From IMG/VR virus record IMGVR_UViG_3300038412_000041: a stretch of DNA of 64,000 nucleotides; one strand, written 5' to 3'. The translations under genes were made by a program, and so were the position numbers. The stretch is from a virus. Lineage: Duplodnaviria > Heunggongvirae > Uroviricota > Caudoviricetes. The notes under the pieces were generated by a model, which made no database searches, was not told the origin of the DNA, and saw only the letters and a list, made by a program, of their open reading frames with translations. How positions within the stretch are numbered: the first letter of the stretch is position 1; every line of letters begins with the position of its first letter. This document shows, one piece after another, positions 9,547 through 18,611 of the stretch.

Positions 9547-10752
9547 ATGGCGACCATGCAAAGTATAGGGGCTGTGCTCGCCGGTAGTACAGTCCAATCT
9601 TCATTTCAAGCTATTGTAGATGCCACATTATCTCTAGTAGGTGCTAGAGCTACATGGGAGCTATTAGACAGTGAAGGTTATTCATGGAATAGTGGTGATT
9701 GTGGTTTGATAACAACAAATCAATCATCAATTGATCCTACACAGCTTGTTATAAGCTCTACTGCGTCAATAGCCATACCTTCAAATCTGGTGGCAAATCA
9801 GAATGGAACCGAGTATCAAATCAGATACACGATCATCCTGCAAAATCAAGCGCCGATCTATGTATTTGACTCTTTCTCGATACTTCCTCCGAATGCTGTA
9901 GCGTATGGTCCAATAAGTCAGGCAGAGTTGTACGGTTCCTTATCTCTACAAGCTTTCTTGGTGTTGCCAGCACCTGTAACTAATGTTAGCTGTCAATTGC
10001 AATCACAGAACTCCACGATTCCTGTATCATGCACTGTTGATAGTGGAACATCTGTACAAGGTGGGATTCGCTATACAGCAACTATTCCTCCACCTGTAAA
10101 CTCTCCAGCCATGTTGATTGACGTTGATCCTTACATGGTTGTTTGGTCTTATACAGATAGCAATGGATATCCGCAAACAGAAGTAGGTAATCTGTTTGTG
10201 GTCAACACGTCTATCCTAGGTGCAGTCAGAGAAGTGCAGAATTTCATAAACAGAGCATACACAGATTCCGGTTTTCAACCAGGTACAACGTTCAAGACTG
10301 AAGATGTTATGGAGTATCTTAGGTACGGAAGAGACAAGTTCAATGCTTCAGATAAGCCTACACAGTTCACAATGTTGAACGCAACAGGACCATTCAAACA
10401 CTTCTGGGTTACTTATTCAAGTGCTGCGGCGTGTCGCGCACAGTACTTGAATGAAGGCATGAAAGCATTTAATTACTCTGGTCAAGAGGTACAGTTAGAT
10501 GTTGATCGCTCAACATTCTGGGACCAAATGGCATCAAACCTTGAACAATCTGCTGACAATCAGATTAAGGTGTTCAAAGATAACTTGACGAGAAGGGGAA
10601 CCTTTAGTGGTGATGGTTCATATATGGGAATAAATCCGCAAGGAGTTGGAGCAATTGGTATAACTCTTCATGGTGCCTCACCTTTCCGTGGTGGATTTAA
10701 TATGTTTCCTGGTCTAAGTGTTGGTGGTCTATCTCCTTTAATGTGGTGGTAA
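9547..10752 (+). CDS. putative virion structural protein (beta-rich N-terminus, connector-like helical C-terminus)
   Basis: S/T/V/Q-rich composition typical of virion proteins. C-terminal AFNYSGQEVQLDVDRS segment is reminiscent of head-tail adaptors (inference). Confidence 0.5.
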   Translation: MATMQSIGAVLAGSTVQSSFQAIVDATLSLVGARATWELLDSEGYSWNSGDCGLITTNQSSIDPTQLVISSTASIAIPSNLVANQNGTEYQIRYTIILQNQAPIYVFDSFSILPPNAVAYGPISQAELYGSLSLQAFLVLPAPVTNVSCQLQSQNSTIPVSCTVDSGTSVQGGIRYTATIPPPVNSPAMLIDVDPYMVVWSYTDSNGYPQTEVGNLFVVNTSILGAVREVQNFINRAYTDSGFQPGTTFKTEDVMEYLRYGRDKFNASDKPTQFTMLNATGPFKHFWVTYSSAAACRAQYLNEGMKAFNYSGQEVQLDVDRSTFWDQMASNLEQSADNQIKVFKDNLTRRGTFSGDGSYMGINPQGVGAIGITLHGASPFRGGFNMFPGLSVGGLSPLMWW

Positions 10753-10753
10753 T

Positions 10754-10975
10754 ATGAAAACTAATGAAATTGAAATTTCTACAATAGATTATATAGGATT
10801 GTTGGATAATACAACAAATCTAACGGTCAAGGAAGCTGCTGATCGTATGTGTAGATTTGCAAACTCTCGCAAGATGCTGGCTGTTGATTTAAACAAGATA
10901 CTTGGTGATCCAAGGCAGGGTGTCTTTGTAGCTACTACAGGAGACTACATACATAACGTGTGTTCTACAAAGTGA
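10754..10975 (+). CDS. hypothetical protein
   Basis: 73-aa ORF coupled to its neighbours. Confidence 0.55.
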   Translation: MKTNEIEISTIDYIGLLDNTTNLTVKEAADRMCRFANSRKMLAVDLNKILGDPRQGVFVATTGDYIHNVCSTK

Positions 10976-11478
10976 AACTCACTAAGCTTTTGTCCTATTC
11001 CGAATTTTTGGAAATGAATGAGTGGGCAGTGAACAATGGCTATTGGAGATATGATCCACATGTGTTCACTCCTGGGATGGGTTGGTATCTACCATACTAC
11101 TATGATCCGTTTGATGAACTAGCAAAACTCAGAGAATCAGGAATAAGAACAAGAGAAGAACCGATGATAACCAAAGATCGTAAAGGTGAGCTTGGTTTTC
11201 TGAGCAAGTTTTATTGGAGGGATTGGGCAGACAAAAGACCTCCAATAGCTGTCGTGTGTCCTAATGGAGAAATCTGGGAGATTGACAGAAAATCAAGCAA
11301 CGGAGAAGGTTGGACTGTTAGCGGCGAGTGGCCTAACCTTAGTTGTAGCCCATCAATTGTAGTTGAAGGTTATCACGGATTTCTCGGAATCAGTGGCGCT
11401 CCACCTGGAAAATTTACTTCAGACATAGAAGGAAGAGGTCCAAATGGCAAACCGAGAGCTTACACTCCTAGAACTTGA
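10960..11478 (+). CDS. DUF6527-like protein
   Basis: C-terminal CP...WTVSG...LSCSPSI....YHGF pattern. Confidence 0.5.
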   Translation: MFYKVKLTKLLSYSEFLEMNEWAVNNGYWRYDPHVFTPGMGWYLPYYYDPFDELAKLRESGIRTREEPMITKDRKGELGFLSKFYWRDWADKRPPIAVVCPNGEIWEIDRKSSNGEGWTVSGEWPNLSCSPSIVVEGYHGFLGISGAPPGKFTSDIEGRGPNGKPRAYTPRT

Positions 11479-11755
11479 ACCCAGATGGATAAGTGAAAAC
11501 GTTTTCATTTTTAAGTGTCCTTGTTGTAGAGATACGTGGTTGAGTTGCAAGAATGTAGTAATGAGTATTAGGAAGCAATGGGAGTTATTTGATAGTGCTA
11601 TGGACAATGGAATGGATAGGATAAGCAGTTGTAAACCTTCCTTTTCATGGACGTTTTCCAGTAAGAATTTTGCAGACTTGACGGTTATACCTTCAATAGA
11701 TGCTAGTACTGCTAAACATTGGCATGGTCATATAACAAATGGAAAAATAACTTAA
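11444..11755 (+). CDS. DUF6527-like protein (second copy)
   Basis: FKCPCC...WTF......LTVIPSID.....HWHGHITNGKI pattern. Confidence 0.55.
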   Translation: MANRELTLLELEPRWISENVFIFKCPCCRDTWLSCKNVVMSIRKQWELFDSAMDNGMDRISSCKPSFSWTFSSKNFADLTVIPSIDASTAKHWHGHITNGKIT

Positions 11756-11774
11756 TTTGTGAATGGGGTAATTC

Positions 11775-12347
11775 ATGAGTTTAGAAAAACGTGTAGGTGA
11801 TGTAAACTCTTCAGCCAAAGGTTCTGGAGCAAGATATAACAGTGGTAAGACACCTCTAGAATTGATACCTATCAGATTCATAGCTGAACAGTACAGGCTG
11901 ACTAGTAATGGCAAATACGAAGCAGAGACAGAAGCCTTGTTGCACTTGGCTAGATTCCAAGAAGGTGGAAACCGCATTGACTTGTACAATGCCATAACTG
12001 CTATAGGTGCTGATTGGAAAGAGTGTGCCGCCGTCTTTGATTATGGCAGGATAAAGTACGCTGAATGGAATTGGGCTAAAGGTATGGTCTGGAGTGTACC
12101 TATTGCTTGTGCTGCCAGACACATTGTTTACGGAATGTTGAAAGGTGAAGTTGTTGATCCAGAGAGCAAACTAGCTCATAGAGGACACTTTCTCTGCAAC
12201 ATTGTTATGCTATTAGCTTACACTTACAACTATCTTGAAGGTGATGATAGAACTACAATGTTAAAAGAATTGAGTAAGGACCCATTGTCTGTCGCAGGTC
12301 TTAATGATAGTAGAACCATGCTGACGTTTAACGAGTTATCCAATTAA
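11775..12347 (+). CDS. dATP/dGTP diphosphohydrolase (DUF5664 family)
   Basis: G.RYNSGK..LELIP, YG..KYAEWNWAKG, AARH, DPES.L.H..H..CN. Confidence 0.85.
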   Translation: MSLEKRVGDVNSSAKGSGARYNSGKTPLELIPIRFIAEQYRLTSNGKYEAETEALLHLARFQEGGNRIDLYNAITAIGADWKECAAVFDYGRIKYAEWNWAKGMVWSVPIACAARHIVYGMLKGEVVDPESKLAHRGHFLCNIVMLLAYTYNYLEGDDRTTMLKELSKDPLSVAGLNDSRTMLTFNELSN

Positions 12348-12387
12348 ATAAGTGGTTACATTCTAAATTTTAGATAAGAGGTATTAC

Positions 12388-12597
12388 ATGGCTTCTAAAA
12401 AGAAAGATTTGGAGTGTAACCACAACGTTTGTGGGTACTGTGAGTTTTACGAGGCAATAAAGTCAGCCAGTAGTAAGTGTTTTGTAGATTCAGCTAAGCC
12501 TATATATGATGGTGAAAAAGTTATCTGGGTACGTGGAGCCGATGCAAAAGCAACTGATCCTAAGTGTCGTGATTTTGTTTTAAAAACACAAGCCTAA
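12388..12597 (+). CDS. small Cys-rich hypothetical protein
   Basis: CNHNVCGYC..C..C pattern, GAGG RBS. Confidence 0.6.
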   Translation: MASKKKDLECNHNVCGYCEFYEAIKSASSKCFVDSAKPIYDGEKVIWVRGADAKATDPKCRDFVLKTQA

Positions 12598-12635
12598 CAA
12601 AAATAACCGACTGTCTACTAAAAGGTAGAAACTTT

Positions 12636-13895
12636 ATGCCAGCTAAACCGTTAACAGACCTGCAACTCATTGAATCGTTAAACCTAGTTGAAAAACACGG
12701 AGGTGTTCTACAAGCATGTAAGTCTGGAGAGACTAAACTTCCAAGAGGTACCTTGCAAAATAGAGTTCAAACCGCTAGAATTAAAGGTTTGAAGCCTACA
12801 ATCATTGTCGAAAAAACAACGGAGCAAGTAATCACTATAGATGCAGGCAAATATGCTGAAATGCAAAGTGAGCTAAGTACTCTGAAGGCTCAGGTTGCGT
12901 CTCATAAGAGAGAGACACTGGATGAGGAGTATGTCAAGCGTAAGATTCTCAAAATGTCAGAAATACCGATTGATCCTCCAAGTTGGCTAGTTCCAAAGAA
13001 ATTTAAAGTAGGTAGTCCAGGAGTACCTACACTGTTTGCTAGTGATTGGCATTGGGCAGAAGTAGTTGATCCTTTGCAAGTCAACGGTGTAAACGAATAC
13101 AATCTTGAAATAGGTCATAAACGCGCAAGACGTTTAATAGAAACCACCATAGACCTTCTAAACAATCACATGGTAAATCCCATATACCCAGGCATAGTAT
13201 TTGCCTTAGGTGGTGATATGGTTAGTGGTGATATACACGAAGAGCTAATGGCAACTAATGAAATTGAAATCATGCCTACAGTCATAGACCTGTTTGGTGT
13301 TCTATGCTGGTGTATTGAAACATTAGCCGACAAATTTGGTTCTGTATTTGTTCCTTGTGTCAGTGGTAATCACGGTAGAAATACACACAAGATCAGAGCT
13401 AAAGGCAGAAACTATACAAGCTTTGATTGGTTACTATATGTATTCCTAGCCAAGAGGTTTGAGAGTGATAATCGTGTGACTTTCATGATTCCTAATGGTT
13501 CCGATGCTATCTATAAGATTTTCAACCACACTTATCTGTTAACACATGGCGATCAGTTTAGAGGTGGTGATGGTATGATCGGTGCTTTGGGACCTATCAT
13601 AAGAGGTGACCATAAGAAAAGAAGTAGACAAACACAGATTGGCGCCAGCTACGATACCATGATATTAGGTCATTGGCATCAACTGATTCAGCTTCAAAGG
13701 TTGATTGTCAATGGTAGTCTGAAGGGATATGACGAATATGCTTTCACTAACAACTTTAGCTATGAACCTCCAAGACAAGCATTATGGATAACACACCCAC
13801 ATAAAGGAATAACATTTAGTATGCCTGTCAATGCAGATGATTCAAAGAGTGAGATTCCTATTCCAGAATGGGTTTCTTGGAGTGAAGCAAGATGA
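12636..13895 (+). CDS. calcineurin-like metallophosphoesterase with N-terminal HTH/coiled coil
   Basis: SDWH, GGDMVSG, GNHGR, HGD and GHWH motifs. Confidence 0.85.
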   Translation: MPAKPLTDLQLIESLNLVEKHGGVLQACKSGETKLPRGTLQNRVQTARIKGLKPTIIVEKTTEQVITIDAGKYAEMQSELSTLKAQVASHKRETLDEEYVKRKILKMSEIPIDPPSWLVPKKFKVGSPGVPTLFASDWHWAEVVDPLQVNGVNEYNLEIGHKRARRLIETTIDLLNNHMVNPIYPGIVFALGGDMVSGDIHEELMATNEIEIMPTVIDLFGVLCWCIETLADKFGSVFVPCVSGNHGRNTHKIRAKGRNYTSFDWLLYVFLAKRFESDNRVTFMIPNGSDAIYKIFNHTYLLTHGDQFRGGDGMIGALGPIIRGDHKKRSRQTQIGASYDTMILGHWHQLIQLQRLIVNGSLKGYDEYAFTNNFSYEPPRQALWITHPHKGITFSMPVNADDSKSEIPIPEWVSWSEAR

Positions 13896-14272
13896 GGCCA
13901 GTAAAGCAAGATCGGTTGTATTCACCAGAAGGTATATCAAATGGAAACTGCTTTGCCGCATGTTTAGCAAGTCTCTTAGACTTGAAACTTTGGATGGTTC
14001 CTCCATTTGAAGACATGTTTGGTAGAGACGAGTGGCGTAATAGAGTTAAGGAATGGCTTGGAAAAATGTTCAAGATGGATATCATATATTATGACCACCA
14101 TAAAACAGAAAACATGCCTGAATTTTACATAGCAAGTGGTAAATCAAAACGTGGGGTATATCACTCAGTAATATACTCGAATGGGGTTCTTGTACATGAT
14201 CCACACCCTTCAAACGATGGAATAGATAGTGTTGAATGGGTATACGTACTAGAACCTACAAATGAAAGTTAA
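13892..14272 (+). CDS. hypothetical protein (possible papain-like Cys/His/Asp fold)
   Basis: GNCFAACLASLL ... HSVIY ... HDP. Confidence 0.6.
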   Translation: MRPVKQDRLYSPEGISNGNCFAACLASLLDLKLWMVPPFEDMFGRDEWRNRVKEWLGKMFKMDIIYYDHHKTENMPEFYIASGKSKRGVYHSVIYSNGVLVHDPHPSNDGIDSVEWVYVLEPTNES

Positions 14273-14678
14273 TGTAGTAGCAAACCTAACTGATTGCTTG
14301 GTTAAGGCTTCTCTGTTCTATGGAGAAGCTCTGCGAATCAACCCTAAGATAAAACGCTGGGTAGATATACAGATAGCAAGCATTGATGTATTTGGTTACA
14401 CACAGGTAGAAGACGTTAATTCAAAGAAGCAACCTCGTCATTTTCTGATTGTTTTGAAGAAAGGTAACAGAGAGCAACTGTTGCAAACATTAGCTCATGA
14501 AATGGTACATGTAAAGCAATGGGTAAATGGTGAAGTAGATGAAGAACAAACGCATTGGAAAGGTAAGAAAGTGAAAGCTAGTAAGGATCAAGACGTATTT
14601 CCTTGGGAAAAAGAAGCACGTGCCTTGGAAAAATCACTGTATCAAGCATTCATTGAATCTGAAAACTCACTAATTTAA
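14262..14678 (+). CDS. HEXXH zinc metallopeptidase-like protein
   Basis: LAHEMVHVKQW followed by PWEKEA. Confidence 0.75.
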   Translation: MKVNVVANLTDCLVKASLFYGEALRINPKIKRWVDIQIASIDVFGYTQVEDVNSKKQPRHFLIVLKKGNREQLLQTLAHEMVHVKQWVNGEVDEEQTHWKGKKVKASKDQDVFPWEKEARALEKSLYQAFIESENSLI

Positions 14679-14685
14679 AAACATG
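14666..14685 (+). promoter_or_regulatory. candidate phage late promoter motif (copy 2)
   Basis: CTCACTAATTTAAAAACATG, ~90 nt upstream of the 14777 gene. Confidence 0.5.
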
Positions 14686-14776
14686 AGAAGTTAAGTTTCA
14701 AAAATGTTCCGACAAGGACATTAGAGTAAAGTAACTATATAGTACCCAATAGTAACCATAACTAAGGAGTATTCTA

Positions 14777-15658
14777 ATGTCTCGTCTAAACATTGATCGT
14801 GTTGTTTCCAACCTGCAAACCCGCATGGCTCGTTATGCGGTATCTCTTACCGACTACAAACAAATCACGCCTACTTTGGCCAGGGTTGTAGTTACGACTA
14901 CTAATGCAGAAAACATTAGCCGTCCTGAACTAAGAGAAGCAATTGCAGCCGCTACTGGTAACAATGCATACCCGATTCACAGATCGTTCCAACGTGTAAC
15001 TTCGTATGGACTTCCCGCTCTTGTAGGTTTCGTGAGAGCAAACCGTGAAGTCAAGCCTTACGAAGAATCAAATGTCAGTAAGATGCGTACATTGGCAAAG
15101 AATATGCTGATGGATGCTTCTGATGACTCCCTGTGGCAAGTGATTACGACTGCTAGTGGTCAGCGTATGCTTGCTCGTCAAAACCAGGATGATCTTTCAT
15201 CCGTTCTGTCCTCTGTAAAACAAACTGTTCATCGTGCACCTAGAATTGCTCAGCTTGCTGGTTGTGCTGCTGTAGGTGATGCAGTTAGCTTTGTTGATGC
15301 TAAGGACGAACGTGTAAAGTTCGGTTTTGTCTTGGCAAGTGAAGGTCCTGATGCTGATGGTGATGCAGTTCTGGACGTTATCCAGATGCCTGACACCAGC
15401 AACGATGATGCAGATGCTACTGAGCAAATGCAGTCGCAGGACGAAGCGTTCAGCAGCGTGTCTGTACCTGAATCAATGGTAGTTGCTGCTATCACGCCGC
15501 CTACACGCTTCTTTGCCAAAGAAGTTGCCGCTCCGTTTGATCCTGACAATCTGAAAGCTCTCAAGGACTACTACACAAAGATTTACAACAACGGTCCTAA
15601 TGGCGCCAACTTTGTTGCAATGATTCTCAAGAACATTGACAACATGGCTGCTGCCTAA
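14777..15658 (+). CDS. putative abundant virion structural protein
   Basis: Strong TAAGGAG RBS, codon usage of a highly expressed gene (CGT/GCT/AAC/CTG), own upstream motif and downstream terminator. Confidence 0.55.
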   Translation: MSRLNIDRVVSNLQTRMARYAVSLTDYKQITPTLARVVVTTTNAENISRPELREAIAAATGNNAYPIHRSFQRVTSYGLPALVGFVRANREVKPYEESNVSKMRTLAKNMLMDASDDSLWQVITTASGQRMLARQNQDDLSSVLSSVKQTVHRAPRIAQLAGCAAVGDAVSFVDAKDERVKFGFVLASEGPDADGDAVLDVIQMPDTSNDDADATEQMQSQDEAFSSVSVPESMVVAAITPPTRFFAKEVAAPFDPDNLKALKDYYTKIYNNGPNGANFVAMILKNIDNMAAA

Positions 15659-15667
15659 CCTTGAAAC

Positions 15668-15702
15668 GAGGTCACTACCGTAAAATAGTAGTGACCTCTT
15701 TT
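15668..15702 (+). terminator. intrinsic terminator
   Basis: 11-bp stem GAGGTCACTAC/GTAGTGACCTC followed by TTTT. Confidence 0.88.
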
Positions 15703-15715
15703 ATTGGAGACTTTA

Positions 15716-16099
15716 ATGAAAACCGTATTGTCACAGGTAACTAAAAGATTGGAACTATCAAAGACCGACACAAGTTGGTTTGACAGTCTAACAGATGAAC
15801 AACAGGAAACATACTTAAAGGAGCACCCTGGTTCAGCATACCATGATGAGGCTTTTAATGGGAAAACAAATTTCCCAAAGTATAGTAAGAAACCTTGGTT
15901 CTCCAAAATAAAAGATAGGAATAGAGATGGTTCCACACCTCTACATGAAGCAGCCTATTATCATAAAGATGCGTTAAAGCATCCTGATGTTAGTAAAATA
16001 AAAGATAAAAATGGTGATACACCTCTGCATAATGCTGCGACTTCTGAAAATGCACGTATAAGAAATGCTGCAAAAAGCATCCTGATGCAGGTAAAGTAA
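15716..16099 (+). CDS. ankyrin-repeat protein (third repeat continues out of frame to 16179)
   Basis: GSTPLHEAA and GDTPLHNAA repeats. The -1 frame continues KHPDAGKVKNIHGQTPLDY. Confidence 0.78.
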   Translation: MKTVLSQVTKRLELSKTDTSWFDSLTDEQQETYLKEHPGSAYHDEAFNGKTNFPKYSKKPWFSKIKDRNRDGSTPLHEAAYYHKDALKHPDVSKIKDKNGDTPLHNAATSENARIRNAAKSILMQVK

Positions 16100-16285
16100 A
16101 GAATATACACGGTCAAACTCCACTAGACTACACAGTTAAGATAGAGGATTTTGAAAGAGGTCCTGTATATAAAAAGTAAAGCTTTGGGTGAAAAGAGTGT
16201 GGATTACCCCCGTTACACTTCTGTCTTTTACGACTAGCCCTTTTTAATGTAATGACAAAAATCTTGCAAAGCTAAGGAGATTTAC

Positions 16286-16741
16286 ATGAGTACTGATGGA
16301 ACAAACATGACTATCAATCCTAATCTGGTCCAAGAGTCTTTGCCAGCTACATCTGTACCTTACGGAGTGACTAAGTCCTCTGTCCAACCGTCAGTTGTTT
16401 TTGGAGGTGCTACACCAAGACCGCTAGATGGTGTAGGTGCAGATGATGGTACAAACAGAATTGACGTTACTGTATCTGGTCCTGTAATCTATGGAATGGG
16501 TCTGTCTGGTAGATACAACAACAGAACCCAGATTCAAGCTGCTGCTGGTGTGACTGTGCAGGTCTCAATGAGTAGCAGAGAAGTTGTTGCTGCTGATAAG
16601 GTCGCTGTTGCTCTCGGTGGTGGTGTAGGAAATGCAATGTGGACTACAGTAACACTAACTAATGGTTTCGCTACAATTGAGGGCTCTGTTACTGGTGTTT
16701 ACTTCACTGGTACAGGAAGAGCAGTCATTACCAAGCAATAA
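16286..16741 (+). CDS. hypothetical protein, probably structural
   Basis: 151 aa, G/V/T-rich, TAAGGAG RBS. Confidence 0.65.
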   Translation: MSTDGTNMTINPNLVQESLPATSVPYGVTKSSVQPSVVFGGATPRPLDGVGADDGTNRIDVTVSGPVIYGMGLSGRYNNRTQIQAAAGVTVQVSMSSREVVAADKVAVALGGGVGNAMWTTVTLTNGFATIEGSVTGVYFTGTGRAVITKQ

Positions 16742-16754
16742 GATAGGTCTGAAA

Positions 16755-17069
16755 ATGAAAACTTTGGATACTGCCAAGAAAGTCATATTGCATGTAGCTA
16801 CTGAACCTGATGGTGAGTCTTTCTGTCCTGTAAGAATCGGCACAATGTTTGCTGGTTTGACTTACCATGTAGGCGCAGCATTCATGATCTTTCACCAAAA
16901 CATGCAACTTGATATGTCCATACTAGGACAATATATTCAACACATGTCAACATTGATCGGTGTTAGTGCTGCTGGTATAGGTGCCAAGTCTGTGTTGAAA
17001 GGTGATGCACCTATAAGTAACCAGCCTTCTATTGGATATTCCCGCGATGTTTCAAAGTGGAGAGATTAA
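16755..17069 (+). CDS. small membrane protein (holin candidate)
   Basis: Two hydrophobic segments, upstream of the endolysin. Start refined to the ATG at 16755. Confidence 0.45.
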   Translation: MKTLDTAKKVILHVATEPDGESFCPVRIGTMFAGLTYHVGAAFMIFHQNMQLDMSILGQYIQHMSTLIGVSAAGIGAKSVLKGDAPISNQPSIGYSRDVSKWRD

Positions 17070-17273
17070 ATGAAAGTCCTACTGTCTAAAAAGATTGAAA
17101 TATCAAAGGAAAGTGATCCGCAACTTGCAGACCTTGAACAACAACTCAAGAATGCCAGAGCACAACTCAAGACTGCCACTTTGGGTCAAAAGATTCAGAT
17201 CAAGACGAACATTTTGAATCTACAGGCAAAGATTACACAAAGAAAACTTCAACTATTGAACGAGAGCAAATAA
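17070..17273 (+). CDS. coiled-coil hypothetical protein
   Basis: 67 aa, coupled. Confidence 0.6.
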   Translation: MKVLLSKKIEISKESDPQLADLEQQLKNARAQLKTATLGQKIQIKTNILNLQAKITQRKLQLLNESK

Positions 17274-17644
17274 TGAGAGTAGAGGCCGCGCTGACTCCTA
17301 ATGAATTGAAAGCAAAGAATCAGGTGGCTATGCTCTCCACAAAGTTTTTGAGAAGCCACATGTCTTCAATCAAAGGCTTAGATATAAAACAGTTGTCCGT
17401 AGTTCATTCTTGGTCTACAGGTGCTGCAAAGAAGTACGCAAATCCGAAAGCTGCCTACACTCTTTTAGTTCCTTGCACTTCTCATATTTTAAGCATGTAT
17501 AGTTTAAGATTGCTCATGCAAGCTATAAAGATTCTGGATAAAGACCCGCTGTATCCAGAAGTAGTTGCAACGCCTGCTGGAATGTTTGTCAGTCTTGGTT
17601 TCTATGCAGATTTGCGACTTCTTGAGAACCTAACGGATATTTAA
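17273..17644 (+). CDS. hypothetical protein
   Basis: 123 aa, TAATG overlap. Confidence 0.6.
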   Translation: MRVEAALTPNELKAKNQVAMLSTKFLRSHMSSIKGLDIKQLSVVHSWSTGAAKKYANPKAAYTLLVPCTSHILSMYSLRLLMQAIKILDKDPLYPEVVATPAGMFVSLGFYADLRLLENLTDI

Positions 17645-17687
17645 GGAAAACAGATGAAAACACTATTTTCAAAAGCATCAGAAAGTA

Positions 17688-18170
17688 ATGTCAAATTTTG
17701 ATCAGGCATTCCACGATCTGATTGGTAATGAAGGCGGATACTCAAATGACCCAAATGATCCAGGTGGCGAAACCATGTGGGGCATTACCAAACGTGTTGC
17801 TCTAGAAGAAGGTTACACTGGAGAAATGCGTGATCTTCCTTTAGACACTGCAAGAGCTATTGCTAGGAAACGTTATTGGGACCCTTACCATTGTGATTCT
17901 TTTGATCCTCATGTTTCATTTCAGATTCTAGACACTGCATACAACGGGGGACATGTTGTTCAGTGGTTGCAAAAAGCTTGTGAGATCACGCAAGATGGTG
18001 TGCTGGGACCTGCAACCATAGCTGCAATTCAGTCAATGAATCCTTACAAGCTTGTGATGCGTTTTGATGCATTCCGTTTACAATATATGACTTCTCTGCA
18101 TATTTGGCCTTCGTTTGGTAGAGGCTGGGCAAACAGAATAGCGGAAAATCTTTTACTTGCTACCGACTAA
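17688..18170 (+). CDS. glycoside hydrolase family 108 endolysin
   Basis: EGGYSNDPNDPGGETMWGIT motif, DG..GP.T peptidoglycan-binding segment, FGRGW.NR end. Confidence 0.93.
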   Translation: MSNFDQAFHDLIGNEGGYSNDPNDPGGETMWGITKRVALEEGYTGEMRDLPLDTARAIARKRYWDPYHCDSFDPHVSFQILDTAYNGGHVVQWLQKACEITQDGVLGPATIAAIQSMNPYKLVMRFDAFRLQYMTSLHIWPSFGRGWANRIAENLLLATD

Positions 18171-18200
18171 ATTTCAACCCAATGTGAGAACTAATAAAAA

Positions 18201-18611
18201 ATGACTTCCCCATCAAACAACGAGTTGACACCTGATGTAAGACTAGCTATGGCTGAACTTCGATTGAAGCAGCATGATGAGCTTCATAAGGAAATGCAGA
18301 ATACTATGAAGCAACTAGCTGAAGGTATAGCACAGCTAGTTCAAGCTGAAGCTAGAAGAGAACAAGACCAAACTACACTCAAAAGAGTCTTTGAAGAATT
18401 AGAAGGAATAAGAAAAGACTTTTCCGATTACAAAATGGAGCAGGTAAGAGTAAGAGAAAAACAAGAACGTGCCTTGCAAGACTATAAGGATTCACAGACT
18501 ACAAAAGAGCTTAATGCTTATAAAGGAGTTGTGATTAAAGTTGTTGGTTTGGCCTTAGTAGTTATGGCGTCAGTCGTTGCAGGCCACTTTGGTGGAAAAT
18601 GGTTAGGCTAA
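18201..18611 (+). CDS. coiled-coil protein with C-terminal transmembrane helix (lysis-associated)
   Basis: Long coiled coil then VVIKVVGLALVVMASVVAG, directly after the endolysin. Confidence 0.6.
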   Translation: MTSPSNNELTPDVRLAMAELRLKQHDELHKEMQNTMKQLAEGIAQLVQAEARREQDQTTLKRVFEELEGIRKDFSDYKMEQVRVREKQERALQDYKDSQTTKELNAYKGVVIKVVGLALVVMASVVAGHFGGKWLG

